From an uncultured Ruficoccus sp. (lineage in GTDB: Bacteria > Verrucomicrobiota > Verrucomicrobiia > Opitutales > Cerasicoccaceae), in contig OZ223517.1 in NCBI GenBank assembly GCA_965140785.1, positions 17,484 through 81,483 on the forward strand: 64,000 nucleotides of DNA, read 5' to 3'. Below are positions 58,512 through 64,000 of this stretch, one piece after another (the stretch's first letter is position 1; each line of letters opens with the position of its first letter). Made by a program: the position numbers and the translations under genes. Under the pieces are notes generated by a model, which worked only from the letters and a program-made list of their open reading frames with translations, was not told the DNA's origin and searched no databases.

Positions 58512-58562
58512 GCCCATGCCCGCAATCCTTTTTCCGACCAGCCACCCGTTCCAACCGGCCCC

Positions 58563-59840
58563 ATGAGCGAGACCCTTTGCATCACCGGCGGACGCGTCAT
58601 CGACCCCGCCAACAACCGCGACGAAACCGCTGACATTTTTGTCCGCGACGGCAAGATCGTCGCCAGCCTCTCCGAGGCCGAGCGCAAGGCCGCCAAAACC
58701 TTCGAGGCCAAGGGGCTGATCGTGTGCCCGGGCTTCGTGGACGTGCACACGCACCTGCGCGAGCCCGGCGACGGCCACAAGGAGACGATCGCCTCGGGCA
58801 CCCGCGCCGCCGCCGCCGGGGGCTACACCAGCGTCGTGTGCATGCCCAACACCAAGCCCCCCGCCGACAACGCCGGGACGATCCAGTTTATCAACGAGCG
58901 CATCGAGCGCGACGCGGTCGTGAATGTCTTTCCCACCGGCTGCCTGACCATGGGTCGCGAGGGCAAGAAGCTCGCCCCCACCGGCTCGCTTAAGGAGGCG
59001 GGCGTCGTCGCCGTGACCGATGGCGGCCACTGCATCCAGAACAACGAGATCATGCGCCGGGCCTTGGAGTACGCGTCGATGTTTGGTCTCGTCGTGCTCG
59101 ACCACTGCGAAGACGCCGCCATGACGGACAAGTGCGTCATGCACGAGGGTAAGTGGTCCCTGCGGCTGGGCCTGCGCGGCATGGCCCACTCGGCCGAGGA
59201 CATCATGGTGGCCCGCGACGTTATTCTCTCGGCCCACTCGGGGGCGCGCATCCACATCCAGCAGCTTTCCTCCGCCTACAGCGTGGACGTCATCCGCCGG
59301 GCCAAGGAGCGAGGCATCCCCGTGACCGCCGAGGTCACCCCGCAGCACCTGGCCCTGACCGACGAGGCGATCAAGACCTACGACACGCACTGCAAGACCG
59401 TGCCGCCCCTGCGCAGCGAGGCCGACCGCCAGTCCCTGATCGAGGGGCTCTGCGACGGCACCATTGACTGCATCGCCACCGCCCACGCCCCGCACACGGT
59501 GATGGAAAAGGACCGCGAGTTCGACTACGCGCCCTTCGGCATGAACGGCCTGGAAACGTCCCTCTCCGTCTGCCTGCAAACCCTGATCGAGCCCGGCCAC
59601 TGCGAGCTGGCCGACCTCATCGGCTGCCTGACCTACAAGGCCGCCGGGGTCATCGGCCTGCCCAAGGGCACCCTCTCGGACGGAGCCGACGCGGACATCA
59701 CCCTTTTCGATCCGCAGGAGACCTGGACGGTCACGCGGGACAGCCTGCAAAGCCTTTCCTACAACACCCCCTGGCTGGGTCAGAGCCTGCGCGGACGGGT
59801 CAAGGCCACCTTCGTCAACGGACGCAACGTCCTGACCTGA
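58563..59840 (+). CDS. pyrC: Dihydroorotase-like protein, probably inactive PyrC' (ATCase structural subunit)
   Basis: DVHTHLREPG and MPNT are retained, but ATAHAPH (vs ATDHAPH), HIQQLS (vs HIxHxS) and KTVPPLR (vs KxNPPLR) are altered. Confidence 0.85.
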   Translation: MSETLCITGGRVIDPANNRDETADIFVRDGKIVASLSEAERKAAKTFEAKGLIVCPGFVDVHTHLREPGDGHKETIASGTRAAAAGGYTSVVCMPNTKPPADNAGTIQFINERIERDAVVNVFPTGCLTMGREGKKLAPTGSLKEAGVVAVTDGGHCIQNNEIMRRALEYASMFGLVVLDHCEDAAMTDKCVMHEGKWSLRLGLRGMAHSAEDIMVARDVILSAHSGARIHIQQLSSAYSVDVIRRAKERGIPVTAEVTPQHLALTDEAIKTYDTHCKTVPPLRSEADRQSLIEGLCDGTIDCIATAHAPHTVMEKDREFDYAPFGMNGLETSLSVCLQTLIEPGHCELADLIGCLTYKAAGVIGLPKGTLSDGADADITLFDPQETWTVTRDSLQSLSYNTPWLGQSLRGRVKATFVNGRNVLT

Positions 59841-59851
59841 GCCCGTCAGGC

Positions 59852-60703
59852 ATGCCGAACCCGGAACTCATTGCCAGTATCTACCGCGTTCTCCTGCTTC
59901 TGGGCGGATGCTGCTGTCTGGTGTGGGACGTGCAGGGCAGCCACTGCCAAAAAGACTACGGCCTGGAGCCGTGGAAAATCCGCCTCTTCGACTTCGCCGC
60001 ATTCTTTCTGGGCCTGTTCGCTGTCCAGATGGTCGGGCAAGGCATCGGCGCGGTTGTGTTTAAGGCCCTAGCCGGGAGCGAGGCGAGCTGGCCCTACGGG
60101 ACCGTCTTCGGGTTTCTGGCCTCCCAGCTCGGCGTCCTGGTCCTTTTCCTGCTGATTTTACGCAATCGCGGCGGGCTGGGACTGGTAGCGAGCCCAGCCC
60201 GGCTGCGTCCGAGTGCGGCGCTGCGACACGGTGGTTTTTACTTTCTGGCCGCCCTGCCCCTGCTCTCGGCCGCCAGCCTGGGCTGGCAACAGTTGCTGGT
60301 GTGGCTTCGCACACTCGGCTGGGGTACAGAAACGCCCTACCAGCCGCTGGTGGAGAAGCTGACCGAACTTCACGGCTGGACGGAGTGGACGCTGGTCTTC
60401 CTCATGGCGGGAGTGGTGGCGCCGGTGGTCGAGGAGCTGATGTTCCGCTGCGCGCTGTACCGCTTTTTGAAGAACCGCATCCACCCGCTCCTGGCGCTGA
60501 CGGTCAGCTCGCTGTTTTTCGCGCTCATGCACCTGAATCTGCTTCAATTCATCCCGCTGTTTTTATTAGCTATGCTGCTGGGGCGTGCCTACGAACGCAC
60601 GGGTTCGCTCCTGGTTCCCATTTGCTTTCACGCCTGTTTTAACCTAAATACCCTGTTGGTGATCGCTATCGCCCCGCAAATCATCCAGCAAAGCCCGGTA
60701 TGA
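59852..60703 (+). CDS. CPBP family intramembrane glutamic endopeptidase (CAAX/Abi)
   Basis: APVVEELMFR, FALMH, FHACFN. Confidence 0.9.
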   Translation: MPNPELIASIYRVLLLLGGCCCLVWDVQGSHCQKDYGLEPWKIRLFDFAAFFLGLFAVQMVGQGIGAVVFKALAGSEASWPYGTVFGFLASQLGVLVLFLLILRNRGGLGLVASPARLRPSAALRHGGFYFLAALPLLSAASLGWQQLLVWLRTLGWGTETPYQPLVEKLTELHGWTEWTLVFLMAGVVAPVVEELMFRCALYRFLKNRIHPLLALTVSSLFFALMHLNLLQFIPLFLLAMLLGRAYERTGSLLVPICFHACFNLNTLLVIAIAPQIIQQSPV

Positions 60704-61680
60704 CGCCTTTCACCAACAGTCCCGCCCAGAGCGCCGCCAGCTTGAGCGAAACGGCCCTGATCGGTTGCATCCGCAACTGGCTGGGAGCGGCCTCGCCACC
60801 CCCGCCCGCCGGGATCGGGGACGACTGCGCGACGCTGCCCGCCGTCACCGGCACGCCTTTGCTCACGGTCGATCCGATCGTGTACGGGCGGCACTTCGAC
60901 GACGACCTGCCGCCTGAGCAGGCCGCCGCCAAGCTGCTCAAGCGCAACCTCTCCGACATCGCGGCCATGGGTGGACGCCCGCACGCCGCCGTCCTCTCCC
61001 TCATCCTCTCCCCCAACGTTTCCCTGACCTGGCTGGAACGGTTTTTCAGCGGCCTCAAGGTCAGCGCCTTGACCTACAAAACCACCCTCGTCGGCGGCGA
61101 TATCAGCACGACCGATGGCCGCACACTGGCCGCCACGCTCACTCTTTACGGTGAGGCCGAGCGCCCCCTCACCCGCCAGGGTGGCAAGCCCGGCGACTGC
61201 ATCGGCATAACCGGCACCCTCGGGGGCAGCCTGCTGGGCAAGCACGCGGCCTTCACCCCCCGACTGACCGAGGGGCAGTGGCTGGGCGCCCGGCACGAGG
61301 TCAAGGCCATGATGGACCTGACCGACGGCCTGGCCAAAGACCTGCCAAGCATGCTGGCGGCCCACACCTGCGCACGGCTCGACACCGAGGAGGTTCCGCT
61401 CGATGTGGCCGCCGTCCGCAGCGCCCGCCAGAGCGGCCAGTCCCCGCTCAGCCACGCCTGCTGCGATGGCGAGGACTACGAGCTGCTCGTGATCTTCGAC
61501 GGCGAGGCCGACCTCGCCCCCTTGCAGGCGGCCTGGGAAAAGGATTTCGAGATCCCCCTGACCCTGATCGGCACCATCGTCGCCGCAGACGATCCCGAGC
61601 ATGACCGGCACCTGATCGACAAGGCCACCGGTGAGGTGCTGTTCCCCAACGGCGGCTACCAGCACCTGAACGGGCAATGA
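60700..61680 (+). CDS. thiL: Thiamine-monophosphate kinase
   Basis: GIGDDCA, RNLSDIAAMGG, LVGGD, MDLTDGL, GEDYEL. Confidence 0.95.
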   Translation: MTPFTNSPAQSAASLSETALIGCIRNWLGAASPPPPAGIGDDCATLPAVTGTPLLTVDPIVYGRHFDDDLPPEQAAAKLLKRNLSDIAAMGGRPHAAVLSLILSPNVSLTWLERFFSGLKVSALTYKTTLVGGDISTTDGRTLAATLTLYGEAERPLTRQGGKPGDCIGITGTLGGSLLGKHAAFTPRLTEGQWLGARHEVKAMMDLTDGLAKDLPSMLAAHTCARLDTEEVPLDVAAVRSARQSGQSPLSHACCDGEDYELLVIFDGEADLAPLQAAWEKDFEIPLTLIGTIVAADDPEHDRHLIDKATGEVLFPNGGYQHLNGQ

Positions 61681-62144
61681 GCACGCAAGCGGCATGCCTC
61701 GAACGCCTGCGGGCGGGCGTCCGCACCACCAGCGGCGAAGAGACCCGGCAGCTCGGTCACGAACTGGCCGCCCACTTGCCCGACGACACGGTCCTGGCCC
61801 TTTACGGCGATCTCGGCACGGGCAAGACGACCTTTATCAGCGGTCTGGCCGCCGGGCTGGGTATCACCCGTCCCGTCACCAGTCCGACTTACAACATTTA
61901 CAACCTCTATCGCGGCACCCGGCAATTGATCCACCTGGACGCCTATCGGCTCGAACAGGCCGGGGAAACCGACGGACTGATGCTGGAGGACCTCCTCGAA
62001 TCCCCCTGGCTGCTGGCCGTCGAATGGCCCGAACGCTTCGCCCAGAGCTGGTTGCGCGGGGCCTGGCGGCTGCGCTTCGCCTTCGAGAGCGAGAACGTGC
62101 GCCTGGTCCGCCTCGAAGCCCCGGCAAATCCTGCGATTCCTTAA
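61677..62144 (+). CDS. tsaE: tRNA threonylcarbamoyladenosine biosynthesis ATPase TsaE
   Basis: GDLGTGKTTF, VTSPTY, HLDAYRL, VEWPE. Confidence 0.95.
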   Translation: MSTQAACLERLRAGVRTTSGEETRQLGHELAAHLPDDTVLALYGDLGTGKTTFISGLAAGLGITRPVTSPTYNIYNLYRGTRQLIHLDAYRLEQAGETDGLMLEDLLESPWLLAVEWPERFAQSWLRGAWRLRFAFESENVRLVRLEAPANPAIP

Positions 62145-62165
62145 CCGGTAGGCAATCGCGCTGAG

Positions 62166-62257
62166 CGCAACCCTTTCAGGGTTGGGGATATACCTGTCCG
62201 CGCCTCTTATCCCCGGGTAGCGCTGCAACCCGGGGCTGGGCAATCCCTTCGGGGTTA
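62166..62257. repeat. REP-like multi-hairpin intergenic element
   Basis: CAACCCT-TTC-AGGGTTG; CCCCGGGT...ACCCGGGG; AATCCC-TTC-GGGGTT. Confidence 0.6.
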
Positions 62258-62298
62258 GGCAGGGCTTAGCGCAAAGCCTGATTACACCGTTGATGAGA

Positions 62299-62338
62299 AC
62301 GAAAGGAAAACTCGCTCAGGCGGGTTTTTCCTTTCGTC
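62299..62338. terminator. Terminator-like hairpin between convergent genes
   Basis: ACGAAAGGAAAACTCGC-TCAG-GCGGGTTTTTCCTTTCGT. Confidence 0.65.
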
Positions 62339-62355
62339 GCATTCTAAAGCTCAAT

Positions 62356-64000
62356 TCAAGCCTTGGGCTTTTCGTCCGGTTCTGCCGGCTTTTCTTCTGC
62401 CGGGGCAGTAACCGTTTCGCTCCCCACCGATGCTTCCTCGGCCTTGACGCTTCGGCAGTGGCAGGTTCCTCCACCTTGGCAGTTTCAGGGGCGGCGGGCG
62501 GCGTTTCTGGCTCTTCGGAGGGAGCTGAGGACTGCGCGGAGACCTCGGTGGGCGGCGCGCTGATCTCGGGCGCGGGCTTGACCGCTTCGGCGGGCGGCGG
62601 CGTTTCCGACGCGGCTTCCTTGGCGGGCGAATCCGTCGGAGCCTCATCCTTGGAGGCATCCTCCTGAGCAGGCTTCACCGTGTCGTCAGCGGCAGCTTCT
62701 TCCTTGGGGGCAGAAGCCTTGCCTTCGATCATGGAAGGGTTCATGGGCGGGTTGGCAAAGAGCCGTCCGTCGCCAAATTCGGTCACGTAGCCCTCCGTCA
62801 CGAGCCAGCGCAGGTCGGCGAAAAGCTGGTGCACCTGCTTTTCCTCCGCACTCAGGCTCTGCTTTTCGGCGACGGGTGCGGGGGCCGGTTCCTCGGCCGG
62901 GGCCTCGGCGGGAGCGGATGCTTCCTCTTCCTCTTCGGCGCGGCGGTTCTTCTCGTGGGCCTCCACGATCTTGGCCGCTTCCTCCTCGGGCACCTTTTCG
63001 ATGGCCGGGGCTTTTTCGGCGGCAGCGGCTGCTGGCCACCCTTTTCCAGAGTGATCCCCAGGAAAGCTTCCGGCAGGGCGGAGACGTTGATATTCGGGTG
63101 GTTCTCGATGAAATCAATCAGCTCCTGCAGGGACTCGGAAAAGCGGGTCTGGCTGTCGCGAAGGAACGCTTGACCGCGCAGACGTAGGACACGCCCTTGG
63201 AGCCGCGCTTGTAGATGGTGAAGTTCATCCGGCGCAGGCGACCGCGCAGATTGTTGGCCGTATCCAGCGGGAAGCGCAACTGGCGCTCGAGCATGGCATG
63301 GATGGAGCGGGCAATGGGGCCGTCGGGCAGCGTCTCGACGCTTTTGCCGGAGAGGCGCACCTGTTCGGACTCGCGGATGACCTCGCTGCGACGCTTGGCC
63401 AGGAGGAAATGCTTGGCTGCTTCGGCGCCGTCAAGGTTCTCGGGCTCGCCCTCGCGCGGGGAGACGACCTTGTACCGGGTGACCTGGGACATCTTTTTGA
63501 GCCAGGCGTCGATAACTTCCTGCTCCTTGACCGCCTCGATCTTCTGCTGGAAGCGCTCGAAAGGCATATTCGGCACGCACCGGGCGTGATGATCGACCAG
63601 CAGCGCCTGGTAGCGGTGGTAGTTGGGCGGTCCGAGCAGCTCGCCGGTCACGCCGCAGCGGTTGACCATCTGGAAGGAGCCCTTGGGCGGGTCGATCTCG
63701 ACCTCCTCGGTGGTAAAGAAACGCTCCAGATGCTGCTGCACCACATGGGCCAGCGCCGCTTCCTCGGACTCGAAGGGCAGACCGTCGGGCACCGAGACGA
63801 CAAAGCGCTCCAGCGCACCGGGCGTGCCGCTGAGCGGCTTCATCACCACGACGAAGCGTTCCGGCTTGCTCAGGATGAGCCGCGCCAGCTCGAAAAGCTC
63901 ATAGGTGCGGCAGGAGGTCTTGATGGCGTGGCAAAGCGCCTTGAAAGGAATGTCCTCGGGATAAAACAACACCTCCACCACGGGCTGGTACTCCTCCTGC
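62356..64000 (-). pseudogene. Conserved-looking hypothetical protein with acidic A/P/E-rich tail, interrupted by three apparent single-base deletions; starts beyond the right edge
   Basis: Restoring one base at each of ~63160, ~63035 and ~62449 joins the ORF-track pieces into one coherent protein ending ...EPDEKPKA* at 62356. Confidence 0.65.

Noticed and set aside
57717..59750. 677-aa minus-strand ORF
   Set aside because: Antisense to pyrB/pyrC'; typical shadow ORF.

Overview
High-GC bacterial chromosome segment, most consistent with Verrucomicrobiota/Opitutales (inferred from the PEP-CTERM protein and the style of rpsO and other proteins; not database-verified). From left to right: (1) the right end of an integrated mobilizable plasmid-like element (AEP/primase-type Rep, lipoprotein cargo, oriT, MobC, MOB_P relaxase with a nested coiled-coil gene) sitting at the 3' end of tRNA-Thr(UGU), whose 3' half looks swapped; (2) a secreted tandem-domain protein and typA; (3) a ~17 kb LPS/surface-glycan cluster (rfbBA, MsbA-like ABC exporter, methyltransferases, GT2/4/9/11); (4) HAD hydrolase and dciA; (5) a MarR-gsmt-sdmt-BCCT operon for de novo glycine-betaine synthesis, with a palindromic operator inside its promoter; (6) rpsO-pnp with a structured rpsO leader, an AT-rich TMEM175-like insertion, and surE; (7) a ~13.5 kb minus-strand locus (TtpB/TtpC-ExbB-ExbD2-TonB-TPR, GspC-like and thioredoxin-like proteins, TonB-dependent receptor, secreted beta-helix protein, PEP-CTERM protein) carrying phased Pho-box-like repeats, which is the best candidate for an undescribed phosphate-starvation surface acquisition system; (8) an ATP-grasp-like protein, PAS kinase, prfB with its programmed +1 frameshift, a sigma54 regulator, site-2 protease, pyrR-pyrB-pyrC' (catalytically degenerate), CPBP protease, thiL, tsaE, and a terminal gene broken by three single-base deletions. 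All calls come from motif recognition by eye; no searches were run.
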